A DNA stretch of 64,000 nucleotides from Lama glama (lineage: Eukaryota), in NCBI GenBank assembly GCA_028534125.1, contig CM052817.1, forward strand, positions 77,130,001-77,194,000, written 5' to 3'. The translations under genes and the position numbers were made by a program. This document shows, piece by piece, positions 42,505 to 57,240 of this stretch. The notes beneath the pieces were generated by a model. That model was not told where the DNA came from and made no database searches. It saw nothing but the letters and a program-made list of their open reading frames with translations. Positions within the stretch are counted from its first letter, which is position 1. Each line of letters begins with the position of its first letter.

Positions 42505-44006
42505 CTAATGAAAACAAAATAGGAAAGGAAATCTTTTGTTTTTATAACACAGACAATTTAGTAAGTTCTCAAAATTTATCATGGGAAGAAAGGAGTTAGC
42601 ACGAGAAAAAAATATTTTACAACTAGACTGCAGTATACTCTAAATACCCACCATTAAAAAGCATGCTCGGAAAGAATGAGGGTTTTCTAAAATACCCATT
42701 TGATCCTTCTACAAGTTCTTGATGACAAAGACCGTCAATTATTTGGATAGAGAAACAGGGGATAAAAGTACTGGTGTTTTTAAGTTGTCGCAACCAAAAT
42801 TTAATCGTCCCTATTTAATTACCTCTTTTAAAAGGAATCCTGGCTTTTCTATTTAAATTTTCACTGCATCAGCAAACATACATCGGTTATTTGGACTGTA
42901 CTGTTAATTACAATATTTATTATCCTTTAATTAAGAGATGTCTTCAGCCGTGGGGAGTTCGCATGGTAATCTTTAATGTCTGGGCTTCAGAGTGGAGAAG
43001 ATTACTGTATTAGGGAAAGACTACACCACTAAGATCTCAGCTGAGGAACTCTTAATTCGATTCAAATGTCTAAGAAGGTTAGTTCTGGCAAAGTCCTGGA
43101 AGTCATCCAACAGCACAGGAACACTTATGAGTCACACGCTGAACACTTGGACAAATATGGCCTGGCATCTCTGCGCAAACGAACTCCTGTTGCCCTGAGA
43201 TTAATAGGGCTGGCAATTAAACCACTGACAACAGACGTATTTAGAATAACCAGCAATGCTCTGCTTTTCAGCATTTCATAGAAAACAACACTTCCATTTG
43301 TAAAACCACAGAAGCAATGACTTTTGTTTTAAAACCAATAGCTCAGTATTCTTTCTTTTTAGTTTTGAACTAACATGGATTATAACAGGACCGTTTTCTC
43401 AGTTTGGACTTAAAAAAAATCACTAAGCTTGATTTTTTTCTATTTTCTTATCACATTGTGGCCATTTCTTTTTAAACCTTTTTAAGATTCATATGTATGT
43501 GTGGATCTCTTGGAAAACTGTCTTGGGAAGATTACAGCAGTGGGAAACTGATGGTCTCAGCTGAGCAAAGAAAGTTATGAGGGTCTTAAACTGCTATTTT
43601 GTGACATTCAGATGAGATGGATATGCTGGTTCTAGGATGTATGGGTGGTCATTTCTACATCGTTTCTGTAATTAATTTTCATTCACACATCTGCATGTAA
43701 TATGTGAACATTTTTCCACTTAAAATTAATGAGTTTTATATTTGTTAGCATTTAATATCATGTGTCATGTTTTATAAGCCAGAATTCAAGTCCCCCCATA
43801 AATTATGCACTGCCACACGACACTCATCTTCTGGCCTCACACACTTCCCACTGTGCAACCTCTGGACACTTGGAAGGGAAATAGAGTAGAACCATGTGAC
43901 CACACCTGCTGGGTTTTCTCGAACCCTAACAAAGTCCTGTCTTCTTTAAACCTAAATGAAGAATGTAGCTGTCAATGTAAATAAATCTAAGGGAGTCTGG
44001 CTTCCT

Positions 44007-45020
44007 TGTAGGAACAAATATTGGAGTCTAATATGAATAACCCTATCAAAAATTGAACATGGAAGCTTCCTAGGAGTGGATGCCCAAGGGAGGGGAATTT
44101 ATTGTCCAGAAATATAAGAACTCTGAGCGCTTTTCCTCTACCGGGAAGTGGCAGGGACTTTTAAGGCTCTGAGTTGACACTTTGGGTGTGAGGCCAGAGA
44201 GTCACACCAAATTAAAGATCCTAGATGCTCCAAGTGGATAGGTCCTGGATAAATTTCTGATCACCTTGCTGGAGAGCTGAGGGCTTGAGTGAAGACATTG
44301 AGATCTAGTGACCTTGGTGGAAGCACTTATCAAAATACTTCAGGGAGAGCCCTCTGCCTTCTTGTAACATTTTCCCCCAAACTAAGTAAGAGGGAAGTGC
44401 ACTGTCATGGGGTCCCTGAGATCCAGGTCCCAAGACTGTGTGACAGCCAGATTCGGTGGCAGAGTCCATCCAGGATGAGAGATGGAATAAGATCTTCCTC
44501 AGAAAGAGAAGTAAGGGTGGAGGAGCAGCGAATCTGGTCTCACCACTAAACCCAACTTGTACCGAGTAGACGCCCCAGGTGGAGTAAGGAGAGAGACCTC
44601 CCACGAGGACCTTAACCCAGTCTTCGAGATGAGGCTGAAACCAATGAATCCGCTCCACAGCAAGGCACTTCCAAGACCTGACTGGAGGTCTTCGTGAGAA
44701 AGCCTCACCGTGTCAAGTCTCCGGCACTGGGAGCTGGGCAAAGCCATGGACTGTGATCAGGGGGCAGGTAAACAAGGGGACAGTATCACTCTCCCACCAG
44801 AGGACGAACATACAGGGAGCCCAGAGGCCATGAATGTGACGACACAGGCAGAAAGCTGTGCCTGAGCTCACAGGCCATTGGGGAGCAGCCACAGGAGACG
44901 TGGCTCCTGGGCAGAGCGCTATACACTCCTCAGATCTGGGACCTGCAGGGAAGGGTGTCTACAAGGATGAGAAGACGAGGAAAACACAGAAAAGACTCAT
45001 GTTCTCATACTCATCGCACA
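44007..45020 (-). mobile_element. Possible old solo LTR
   Basis: Minus strand reads TG...CA across these ends, with AATAAA ~90 nt before the CA end; GC higher than flanks; TSD not clean; family not identified. Confidence 0.35.
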
Positions 45021-45685
45021 GTTCTAGAAAAACTATAAATGTAAATGAACGTGGGGATGTTCACAGCCTGAGAATGAGCTTTGGTTGACACCAAAGAACT
45101 AAAAATAGATGTTATAAATATAACAAATGTAAGTGCTTTTGGCAAGCCTGAAGTTACTTTTCAACATCAGTGAATTCATATTGGAATGAAATTGAAAATA
45201 TAGTGAATCTGGGGAAGCCCCTTGTTACGATGATTTTTTTCTTTGTTAGACAATCTGACACTCATGTTGGAGGGAAAAGAAATCTATATACATGTTAGAG
45301 CCCTTAGTGATACCTGAGCTTTTCCTGAATACTGATGAATTCACATTCAAAAATAACTGGGCGGAATGGTGAAAAAGGGAACCATCTCTCAAGTTTATCA
45401 TCTGCAAACATGGATCAATATAGATAAAAGAAAGTTCTTCTTTATAATCTCCCTGAAAGGAAACCAACCAGAACACACTCAGTTTAGGACATCCAAGCCC
45501 CCCGGAGTCTCATATGAATGCATGAGTTCCACAGGGAAGTTGCTATGTTTCTCATAAAACTCCAAAGTAGGGAAGTCATTTCATTTCCCAATTCCTCTCC
45601 ACAAAGCCTCAGTCAGAGGCAAAAGGAAATTTTACCTCTTCTGTCTACAGATGATAAACCTGGGAGGCTGTTTCTTCTCTCATCA

Positions 45686-45958
<273 letters not shown>

Positions 45959-46426
45959 CTACAGGAAGCAAGTGAAGTAAGAGACAGGTGCACATGGGAT
46001 TTCCAGGTATTTCAGAAGTCCTAGGTGTTAACTGTAACTGGAAAACTCTTCTAATGGGCTCGTTAAAGAACTCAACCCTTAGCGTTCACCAGGGGAGTAA
46101 GGATGCCTCCCTGGATATTCAAGGCAATATCCAAACAGAAATGAATTTAACTGCACATCTAATTTATAAGCATACACTCATATTAATGTATATGTGTGTA
46201 TGTATATTTACCTACGTGTGTGAAGACAGGAAGAGAAAAAATACAATGATGGTAATAATACTTAACAAAGCTTATGCTGAAGATGTCCTGGACAACTTGT
46301 AACACATATTTCGCTAAGTTTGTTCATTAACTGTAAATAAAGAAGGGAACTGGGTCTGATTTTAAAGGCTCTAGTTTGCACAGCAGTATGCTGTTTAGAC
46401 AGTTTCATCGCAGTATACAAAACGTA

Positions 46427-46640
46427 TCTTCAAAAATGCAACTGTCCGAAGACGTTCACTTATTTAGGCAAGGAGCCTGATTCTGCCTTTTCCGTTTCTT
46501 TATCCCATGACACAATGTCTCACGAAGGACTCTTAAGGTGGCTGGTCAGGCTTTGCCAGAACAAAACAATAAATATTTCAGCTGCTTCTTCCTCATAAAT
46601 ATGCGTGGAAACCATAACACATCTTCTGCAGCTTGAAAGT
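46427..46640 (+). repeat. Copy 1 of a ~215-bp diverged direct duplication
   Basis: Aligns colinearly by eye with 47561-47784. Confidence 0.92.
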
Positions 46641-47560
46641 TAAAATGCTCAGCAGTAGAAGTCTGCCTTGTTTCTCAGCGCTTCTGGCTCTCAGAATAAA
46701 ACCACAAAGATTCTTCTTATTTTTGTAAATCTCCTTAAAGATAACATGTCTAGAAAAGCTTGACAACTACCGGGTTTGGCACATCAAGTAAGTTTTCCTT
46801 TCAAGAAAAAGGCGTAAATAAAGCTGACTGCTCTTTAATGGAGTCAGACACACAGAGCGGGAGGAAAGTGGCGATGAGGTGGGGCCATAAGGCCATTTTC
46901 TGCTGTTTTCTTAGGGGAGAAAAAAAGAGAGGGAGAGAGATCTACTGTTTGTCTTGCCTATATGTTCAACATGAGAACTAATCCACTACTGAGGTTTCAG
47001 AAATGAGTTGTGAGGTCTCAGAGAAGAAAACAAAAAACAAAAAACAAAAACCAGGTAGTATAATATACAAAAGAATCAAGGAAAGGATGAAAAACAAATG
47101 TATTCAGAATCACTCCCTCTGCACTGTCCTCTCTCCCCTCTTGCCTCCAGGACCAGAGATGGACTGGATTGTCTTGTTTCTGGTCTCTTCTGATCTACAG
47201 CATGGGTGTCGCTCTGGTGTCCCACCCGTAGGGCTGTGACAAGGAATCCACATGTGGGACAGAGTACTATGCCTGCACACATTATTGGATATGAGATAAC
47301 TAACTTGCTATCAGATCTGTACAGAACCACCTTTCCTCTCTCAAAACCACTCAGCTCAGGAGAGCGTGCATATTTAACAGCAGTTAGAGACAGGCTTGAG
47401 TTTCTAAAGGTGTTTATTAGTAAAAGTATTTAAATTACCTAATTTGTTAGTGTAACGCGTTATTGTAAAAATGACCTAGAAGACAGGGAATCTACCTTTC
47501 AAGAACTTCTGATACAATCTGATGGTTAAAAAAAAGCTGAGGCACAGTATCTGAAATATT

Positions 47561-47784
47561 TCTTCAAAAATGCAACTCTGAAGAAATATGTAATAATGTT
47601 CACTTATTTAGGCAAAGAGGCTGACTCTGCCTCTTCTGTTTCTTTATCCCATGACACAGTGTCTCACAAAGGACTCTCAAGGTGGCCAGTCAGGCTTTGC
47701 CAGAACGAAACAACAAATATTTCAGCTGCTTCTTCCTCAGAAGCACGTGTGGAAACCATGACACGTCTTTCACAGCTGGGAAGT
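47561..47784 (+). repeat. Copy 2 of a ~215-bp diverged direct duplication
   Basis: Shared blocks gttcacttatttaggcaa, gtttctttatcccatgacaca, gtcaggctttgccagaac, aaatatttcagctgcttcttcctca. Confidence 0.92.
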
Positions 47785-50700
47785 CGTAGTAGATTCTAAA
47801 ACCATTCGAGGAGTCTGATTGAAATACACATATACATATTCAAACGCTGACATAAATAACACTTTTCAAATAAAAATTTCTTGTGTGAAGAGTATAAAGT
47901 GATAAATGTGTAACCTCTTCAACTGGTAATAGTAAGAAATAATCTGAGGGGACAAAAGAGAAGCAAACAAGATACAGGTGCCAACAAGGGGTTCTTAAGA
48001 CAATGAATGGAGAATCAGAATGAGAAGTGAAAGATAATAAAAATCTAAGGATAAGGTAGCTTTTTCTGGGTAAAAAATCCAATCATCGATCATGACTTTG
48101 GTTGCTGTTCTGTTTTACAAATTCAACCTCTGAGATCAGGAGATGCTTTTAAGAAGAGTTACGCTAGTATTAAAGTCTGCAGTTTGCATAAACTCCAGCC
48201 AAGTTTACTTCACTCATCCTTTTATTTTCAAAGAGTTCAAGGACTATAATCAATTCCCTGAGATACTTCAGAAACCAAAGCTGATGCAATTATTTGCTAG
48301 ACAAAGCAGAGGTAATGGAAGGAAAATTAACCTTATTTTTACTGATATGATTTACTCAAAGGCAGGCCCAGCCTAAAATTACTGAAATTGTCGGCCGCTA
48401 ACACCTAAGCATTCCAGTCCTGGCAGATTCAAACTTGCAGAACTGAAAAGGAATGTCTAGGAACAAACTGGTGTCGAGTTACGACTGTATTGAGGCTGTT
48501 AAACACACTTGAATTTAATTGTTTTCTATTTTCACTCTTTTGGAAATTGGATGATGGATCAGTAAGGAGGGTCTTCAGACAACTGAGGTGACAGTAAAGA
48601 ATGTTAAAAGTTTTTGAACTGTTTACATTTTCTTTTTGGGTTTCTAAATTCCACCGCCTTGTTTCATCTCTCTCAGGCCGTGCAGAAAACCATCAGAGGG
48701 TTTTCTTTGCTCTCTCCAGATGTCTGCTTATCTGCTCTCCAGTAGTGTGCAGGAGCCCAGAAAGAGCTAGTCTCAATTTTCTTCTGAGTTCAACTTTACT
48801 GTATATGGCTTTTTTAAAGAAAACAAAAACAAAAACAAAAACTCAATGACTTTCCAAAAACTACGTTTTGTTTACTTCTTACCAAGGCATTGTATCATAC
48901 TTACCTCAGAAATGTTTTCACATTTTATAATCTTGTGTGTAAATGTGCTTTAATCTTTTGGCCTCCAGTATATCCCTGCCGGCTCTTCCTTTTCTGTTCT
49001 TCTCTTAAATGGAAAAAGTGAAAGGATGGAGAGTCCAGCTCTAAAACCCTCATCTGGCTATTCCTGGCTCTGGTCCTGTGTGGCATGAGTTTACATAACA
49101 TGCAAGTGATGGGGGTGCTGGGAAAGAAGCGGGGGAGACTAATACCTGAACCTTTTGATTATACTTTGGAACTACAAGGGTTATGCCGAATATCTTATTG
49201 GCACTAAATTTTAATTAAGATACTTCAATTGAATAAAACCTACCTCTTTTTTGTGCACATGGACCACAGTCAAGAATTCAGAAATTAGGTTCAGTGTTAG
49301 AAGTTCTGGTTCTTATTCCATGTCAAAACAGTAGACAACAAAGTATATCAATCAATAACTCCTTGGCACTACTAATACATTGTTTGAAGTCTTCCTATAT
49401 TTATATACCATCAGTTTCCCTGCCATTCTCTTTAACATCTGTGCAATCAGTGCCAGGTTTGTTGTGTGACTTGGTAGGACATACAGCCCAGGAGCATAGA
49501 AAGACATTAAACAAACAATAATGCAAATATGCAATTAAGAGAGCAAGGTAGGGGTAGAAAGGATACTTGGGAAATCATCACTAATGAAAGCAATGTTAAA
49601 CTGTTCACAGATTGTAATCCAAAACAAAAATAGATGCTCAAAGAAAATGAGGCGCAACCTAGAATGATCCCACGGGGGAGAACTCTGATAAAGTTTGCAG
49701 TCTGTGCGGTTTGGTCTTGGCATCTCTATAACGAAGAAAAGTCTGAATACACCAGTCTTGCTATATAGTCTATACAGAAGGCAGCTAAATCCTACAAACT
49801 GATTATACCGGATCTGGGAAGTTGAAAACGAAGGTGTTCTTACAGCACAGATCCAGTAGGTGGCACTGTACAACTGAAAATTGAAACAAAACGATGTAAT
49901 TTCCTTAGTAGGTAATAAAATAATCAAGGTAATTATGCTACACTCATTTTATGTAACTATAATAACATTTAACTGAACTTATGTCAGTTCTTACAATCAC
50001 AAAATTAAGAAACCTATACTTTTCTTGAAAAATCCTTTGATAATGGTTAAAACTATTCCAGGTGAAACAAAATGTGATTAAACATGAAATGCAGGCTATT
50101 TTTAAGCATCAGTTAAATTCCAGAGTGTGCCAAATTTATTGAATATAATAGCCAAGAAAAAACATATTTTAAAAGCTTCTAATCCTCTCCCAACTTTTCC
50201 TTGACTGCACGGATGGAAACAGGCATCTTAGGGACAGGCAGCCCCCCAAGCACAGCAGGCAGGCTGACGGTGGCCCAGGAGGCGGAGGCACCAGGATGCC
50301 AGCGCTCCCACTGCCAGCACCCACCCCCTCCCTCCACATTTGCATCTGAGGTGTGAAATAACCAAGCAAAGACAATGAAGCTGCATCCTGCTGCTAAGCA
50401 GTGCACGGTGATGGAGAAACGATTTTCTAAAGCAGACACCTAGCTTCCTGCTGGAACATCAAACCACAGGCAGCGGTGTGAATGAGGGGAGAGACAGGAC
50501 AGAGTGGCCAAATCGGAGACTGCAGGAACACCTTGACTTGGGAAGGTATTCCTGCCTATCTCTAGAATATTCCCAGGTAAAAACTGCCTCTCTCCCTGCT
50601 TTCTTCTTCCATTGCCCCACTCACTGCCCACCTCATTTTTCAGGACCCGAGTTCACCTAAGTTCCAATACACACACACACATACACAAGCTCACCCTTTA

Positions 50701-51626
50701 ACCACCCACTTTCCCTTGTCTTCTAGTACGTGTTTACTGATTTTGAAAAAATACACATTTCCCATTTTCCATGTCTACTTCTCTTCCCTTTTTTCTCCCC
50801 TTTTATTTCCTCCATTAGAAGTCTCCAGGAAAGTAATCAGTGTCCTGGGACTACACAGTTGTTCCCCATGTGACCAATATTCTACTTTACTAAATGCCTG
50901 AAGGAATACCAGGCTAAACAGTGACCAGTCATGGGAGATATATTTTTGCCTACCGTGATTCCTAAATCTGACCAGAAGGTTTCCAGCAAGAAGACCTGCC
51001 AAAAGGTGACACGGTCCTCCAGCCCGATACAGGATCATACTCAACATCAGGTTATACTCCCCGGGGAACCACTGTGAAGCTGTATCTCTCGCAGCAATGG
51101 TTTCCTATCGTCAAATGCGACTCTGGCACACGGCTTCCTGAGGTCGGGGTGCTGCTTTTTTTTTGGATCTAGCTCAAGAGAGGTCAGTTGGTAATTTGGA
51201 TTAATTGGGGGATATAAGTAGAAGCACAACTATGGTATGTGAAAAGATAATCCAGAACCTGTGATGAACAGCCACCCTCTAAAATGTTAAACATTCAGAC
51301 TATTAGGCGTGTTGAAGACAAGCAGAGTCAGATTCCCAGAGGATTACGGCCAGCAGCTAAAACGGAGAGTGTCTGTATCAACTGCACTTATTAAAGACAT
51401 TTCCATAGGAAAGAGAACTGAGAAGCAGCTTATGTGTGTTTCCTATTTTTAGCTTCACCATATATGACATTCAGTCAGTCTACGTGGACGGAAAAGGTAC
51501 AGGGCAACAGGCTACTTACTGGGTGTGTTTTCTCAGCAGCGGTATTATTTTGTTGAACTTTTAAGAATAATGAGTACAGTATGAAAGAACTCTATTTTCT
51601 GAATGCCTTTTAAAAATCCTGTTATG

Positions 51627-51773
51627 AGGGGGGAGGGTATAGCTCAGTGGCAGAGTGCATGCCTAGCACGCACGAGTTCCTGGGTTGAACTTCCATACTT
51701 CCTCTAAAAAGAAATAAACCTAATTACCCCCACCAAATAAAATAAATAATTCAATAAGAAATAAAATATTTTT
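51627..51773 (+). mobile_element. tRNA-derived SINE, Vic-1-like
   Basis: gggagggtatagctcagtggcagagtgc...cctgggttgaac...aaataaacctaattacccc; degenerate TSD aaaaatcctgttatg / aaaaatcatgctatg. Confidence 0.9.
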
Positions 51774-54355
51774 AAAAAATCATGCTATGCATCTTTTAAA
51801 AAGAAACAGAGCCTGATAATAAAACCTTCAATGTATTATATTAATTACAAGAATATATTTATACTTTTCCAGGATGTTTTCAGTTGGCCTTTGACCTAAA
51901 ACTTCGTGTTCTCCAGAAAATCAGCTTCTTTCTAGTTGGAGTGTTTGTGGCACTTGAGAGATCATTTTCAATTTTTTTCCCTTCAATGTTGCTGTGGCAA
52001 TATTGTTATAACTATATCTAGAGTGTATGTTGGATGTGAACATGTCTTTAATGTGGAAATTAGTCCTTCTTGGTTTGGGGCCGTTGTTTCTGTTTTGGTC
52101 TATCCAGCATTGCAAAATCCTGACAAATGTGACCAATTCAAACTTATAATATAAGTAAGATCGTAACGATTACCTGTATGATTTATAGTTTAAAATGTTT
52201 TCATGTATGAAAGCCTCAGTGTGAGGCTGAGATGGTGACAACCCCGCGGGTGGGAATTACCATCCATGTGGTTCAGAAGGGAATGGACATCAGTGATGGA
52301 AGCCACTTGTCCAACAACATGCAGAGCTGGAGCTTCCATTCCCCTTCATTTCTATGCTCTATGTTCAGGAGCAGCTTGCAGATCGCTTCCATAGGAAAGC
52401 AGTTTCAGAGAAGCTGCCATCAGCCACCCACGACGTGAACCAAGCCCCCTGTGGTCCCCGGTACCCACAAAGGGTCTCCTGTCATTTTTCTCTCTCTTTC
52501 TCTAAGGAGCTATTTTATATCTTTTCAACCTCATTTCATCCTTCAGATAAGCTCAGCAGGTAACTCTCCCTCCTTGCTCATAAAGAAAACAGAAAACCTC
52601 AGATAGGAACTCCCCTGACTTTTCCTCACGAATTTTCAAGCACCTACCTCATGTTTCCCTTCCCCTCTTCCGTTACAGTCGAAGGGGTCTCCTCTCTCCT
52701 CCTGACTTGTTCCCAGAGACCCTATCTAAGCTGGGACCAAGTCTCCACCGGGCCCCTCCACACAGGCGTGGGCCTCTCAGCCGTGTGTTCCGTGTGACCC
52801 AGTGTCTGACAGCACTCATCACTTACTTTTCGGTATCACGACTAAATTCTCAGACCCATGCCCTGCAGGTCTAACTTGTTTGTTTTGTTTTGTTTTGTTT
52901 TATTGTTGTGTCTCTTCTATCCCAATACCCAAGACAATGGGCAGTCCATAGTTTTTGAATGAACAAACAAAATATCAACCAGATACCCACAAATATATTG
53001 CCATAAGCTCAAGGCAGTTCATGGTAGGTGCTAAACAAAAGGCACAAATAAAAGAAGAAGTCACTTGTGATGGGGGATCAATAAAGGCTTCTTCTGAGGA
53101 AGAAGTGGGCAGTTACAAGGAGTTACATTTCCAGTGGCAGAGAACAGTGAGAACAACACAGCTCAAGAAGACAAATCTGAGCTTGGGGCACGTCGGTGGT
53201 CAGCAGGCAAGTAGCCTGCTCCTGCTGAGATGAAGGAAGATAAAGAGGAAGGTTGGAGTGATTTAATAGAGAGTTTTTAAAGCCAGGTCCACACACACAC
53301 GCACACACACATCTCAGATCAGCTGTTACTAGATGGTAGCAACTCTGACAAGATAGTTGAGATTTTACCATTCACTAAACTAAAACAATGTCCTTGGAAC
53401 AATGGTTGGTATAGGTTTTGAAACCTGCTCATAAATTAGCAAATCAAATTTTTTTTACAATTACCATGAAGGATTTTTAGAATTTCTGTTTCATCATCTC
53501 CTGTATTTTATTCAATTCCTAAAAACTCTTTTAAAAATAAACTCAAAAGATGTTTGAATGTTAGTTCTAGTTTTTAAAGTAAATTTCTAAATAAAAAAAT
53601 TCACTCCTTAACAGCTTAGGTAAACCTCAGGTTCACCACCAATCCCCTGGACTTACAGTTCAGAGTAAATTATCAATAAATATTTGTTGAATAGATGACA
53701 AGAAAAGGAAGGCAGGAAGAAGGGGAAAAAACTGAAGTCTGAATGAAAAAAAAAAGTGAAGGAAGAAGAAAAACACAGAAGTCACGTTTGGACAGGAGGA
53801 TATTTGCCAGTTCTCTCATCACAGAAGTTTAAGTCTCAGTGTGATAAACCTTAACATATTAAGTTCATCCAAATATACGCACAGATAACTTCACTGGGAG
53901 GCTCTTCTCTTGCAATGGGCAATAGCGTCTTAAAGCAAATGCAGCTGTGACCTTTCTCCCCAGGTCCTCGAATGCCAGGAGGGCTTTTCAGTGGGAAGGT
54001 CAAGTTGGACTATATGCTGAAGTCTATGAAAGGGCTGTTCCTGGTGACAGGGCATCCAGTTTCAAAAGGGAAAATAAATGCCAGTGCAGTTCAGAGAGCA
54101 CCACAGTATCAGTTTTCCTGAATGGCAGTCCTAGGTCATTGGCTGCATCACAAATGGTATGCTAAACACAAAAATAGTGGTCTGTTTGGATTGGGTTATG
54201 CTGATGCAGTCTTTCGAGTTATGGGTATATTCACAAAGATCAGCATCGTTTTTCTTGCTGGAACACATGCTGGAAACTCTTGAATAAGGCACTGCTTCTC
54301 AAGGAGCTAGGACAGTCAGGAATTCTATAGCTGAGAGACATTTTCCCACATTTCT

Positions 54356-54433
54356 TTAAATTTAATTTTTAATTCATATTTGTTATTGAAATATAGTCAA
54401 TTTACAATGTTAGTTTCGTGTGCATAGCAGAGC
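54356..54433 (-). mobile_element. Very short 5'-truncated L1 3' end with TSD
   Basis: attgaaatatagtcaatttacaatgttag; flanked by tcccacatttcttt / tcccacctttcttt. Confidence 0.65.
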
Positions 54434-54963
54434 TCCCACCTTTCTTTTAAAACCTTGACCTATTAGAGTTTATCGCCCATCCCTAAGGAAGAATTGTATT
54501 CTGTTGTCCAATTATGGGCCCCTTGCAGAAGACATGTTTAATTGCTGTAAGAATGCACAATGTTCACTGATGATTAAAATATACTTTAGACTTACAAACC
54601 TATGAATCAAGTTTGTTTCTTCCATAACAAAATAATTGGCAGTTTTCTGTTCCTCAAAGGAAAGTTGTAAAATACTCCACTTTAAAGATGAAAGCATCAA
54701 AAATAATAAGCCTAGAAGCAAACTTCCTTTGTCTCTCTGGCAGAACTACAAGTTAGCGGAAGTCTTCCTTCCATTTATCACCCTTCTTTATGGCCATGAA
54801 AACACCTACAAGATATCCCCCTATGCAGGAGTCAAGTCGGTATCTAAGTGACAGCTCCTCAGTCAAGCCTGCCTGTCTGCCCTGCACTCTACCCGCCCCC
54901 CTAGGCAGTCCCCATCCCCCGCTGGCTCTCCCGTCTCTTCCTCCCTTCATTAAATATTAAATA

Positions 54964-55060
54964 TTTTTTTTTTCTAACAGAGGTACAGAGGGCTGAACCC
55001 AGGACCTCACGCCTGCTAATCATGTGTTCTACCCTGAGCTATTCCCGCCGCACCACCCTC
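54964..55060 (-). mobile_element. tRNA-derived SINE, Vic-1-like, short and diverged
   Basis: ctgaacccaggacctc...ttctaccctgagctat with poly-T tail. Confidence 0.82.
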
Positions 55061-55067
55061 CCACAAT

Positions 55068-55207
55068 TTTTTAAACCTTTTTTTTTATTGAGTTATAGTC
55101 ATTTTACAATGTTGTGTCAAATTCCAGTATAGAGCACAATTTTTCAGCTATACATGAACATACATATATTCACTGTCACATTTTTTTTTTGCTGTGAGCT
55201 ACTACAA
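55068..55207 (-). mobile_element. 5'-truncated L1 3' end, same family as the 32.7-34.2 kb L1
   Basis: Closely matches the reverse complement of ~34080-34216; cacaat flanking repeat. Confidence 0.88.
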
Positions 55208-56358
55208 CACAATCTTCTTATATCAGGTTAACTGTCTTGCCTCTTTGCATTAAACTGTGAGCTCCATGAGGACAAAGATCTTTGTTTTGTTCACTGACCA
55301 ATTTTGGGACCAAGAACAGTATCTGACATGTACTGGGTGAACAGTAAATATTTGTTTAATTAAATCTTCGTTGAAATAAAGTAGAATAGGTAAATTCATA
55401 ATCCTTCATAAAAATGAACACTGCACAGATTATGTTGCACAAGACAACTGAAATATCCCTAAAACCCAGGTGTGCTTATACAGTTAGAACTGATTCTACA
55501 ATTAAGGATAACAGGAAAGTCGAATTACCACTTCCCTGCTCAGAGCTGACACCTACGGAAGCTGTATGTTTAACCAGGCCTATCTGATGCTTATTGTATG
55601 AACTGCTTCCAGAAGGAAAGCAACACAGGAGTCTAAGGGCCCTGCAGTCCGATCGGCTGTCAGTGTCACCATCCCTGACGGGCAGCCCTGTGAGCTGGCT
55701 GGGCCACCTCAAGCGATGCAGCAGATCACCTCTTGTGAGTTAATCTGATTTGGGCAAACAGCCAAAAGCCATTTGGAGGGAAGACTTGAAAATGGAATAA
55801 AAAAAAAAAAGGCTGAGAAAAAATATTCAAGTTTTAAAATGTGTGACCAATTTGAAAGCATCTGGAGAAATAAATGCATTTATGTATTTACTATATATCA
55901 GTAGTGAGCTGGAAGGAGAGAGGAGATAAATTCTTAATTTATCAAATAAATAACACAGATCAATAAATATGAGCCAATAGATTTTTTATCAGAAAGGAGA
56001 AATGTGGAGAAAGTTATATGTTTGAAGTAGTTACATAAAAGAGGTTTTCAAAACTTTTTAAGCTTTGGAGGACAAGAGAGGATGGAATGTAGTAAATAAA
56101 AAGAGACTTAACTCCCATTCCCATGTTGAGACTGACCTTGGTAGTTCAGCTCAGGATAAAGACGAGTGAACTTTGTGCTGGATGAATTTCATGGTGACTA
56201 CATATGCTAGGTTTTATAATTATAGTTCTTCTGTTTTACTTGTATTTTGCAGAAGTTGTTCAAGAAAGTCAAAGATGCTCTTATTTTCCCAAACAGTAAC
56301 ATTTTAAAGATTCTAAGCCTCTTTTTAAAAAACATGTATATCTCATATATCCTCCCCA

Positions 56359-56406
56359 TCTCTCTCTCTCTCTTTCTCTCATAAATACACACACACACAC
56401 ACACAC
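56359..56406 (+). repeat. (CT)n and (CA)n microsatellite
   Basis: Directly visible. Confidence 0.85.
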
Positions 56407-56924
56407 TGTATCTTTAGTTTATAATGCGGTGATACTGAAAGAAACAAGTATTGGAGAGGAGAGGAAAAGTGAAACGTAAACTAAACTTATGAAGAATCTT
56501 ATGGTCCAGGAAATTCTTTAAGCAACTGTTATCCTAGTTAGCATAACTGTTTCTGTCTGCCATCAATGTGAAAAGAAAGGATAATTTGCAGCGAGTCCCC
56601 AAATGAATATTTTAAGAACAAAAGTATGGGGAATAAAGGATTTTCTTTGATGGAGAACATAGAAATTCAAGTAAACGTCTGATGCCTGGATGGAGATGAC
56701 TCTGAAAAAGAGGTCCTAACTGTAGCATGGCTCCTGGATTGTCAGCTGCTTTTTAAATTCTCTTGGAACTTGTTCAGTATCCAATGCAGCATTTCTGCAT
56801 AAACTAGATGCCCAGGAAGTGTTGGAGCACAGAACTCTGCATGAAAATCTTATCAAATTCCTTGGCCTCAAAATTCTAATTGACTCCGGTACATCAATAA
56901 TATTGTATAATGAAAATACCATAT

Positions 56925-57240
56925 TAAATATTTATTTAGCGCAAAAATATTCTAGGAATAGTTTTAGATCTTGGGAATGATATAGTGAGGAAAAGTTACA
57001 TGTGGTCCCTACCCTCATGGAAGCTAATGGGAGAAAAACAGGAATCAAACACATAAACACAAAGAGGTACAAGGAGAGCTCCAGGGAGTATAATGTGGGG
57101 TATCAGAAAGCTCTCCTGAGGATGTGACTTTGAACTAAAATCTAAGGTGAATAGGAACTGCCTTGGCTAAAAGGACAGGACAGTGTATGGGAGACTGAGG
57201 GAAAACTATTCCAGCACATGCCCATGAAGCATCTTATGAA
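56925..57240 (-). mobile_element. L2 LINE remnant
   Basis: aaatatttatttagc...ggtccctaccctcatggaagct...tcagaaagctctcctgaggatgtgactttgaact. Confidence 0.65.
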
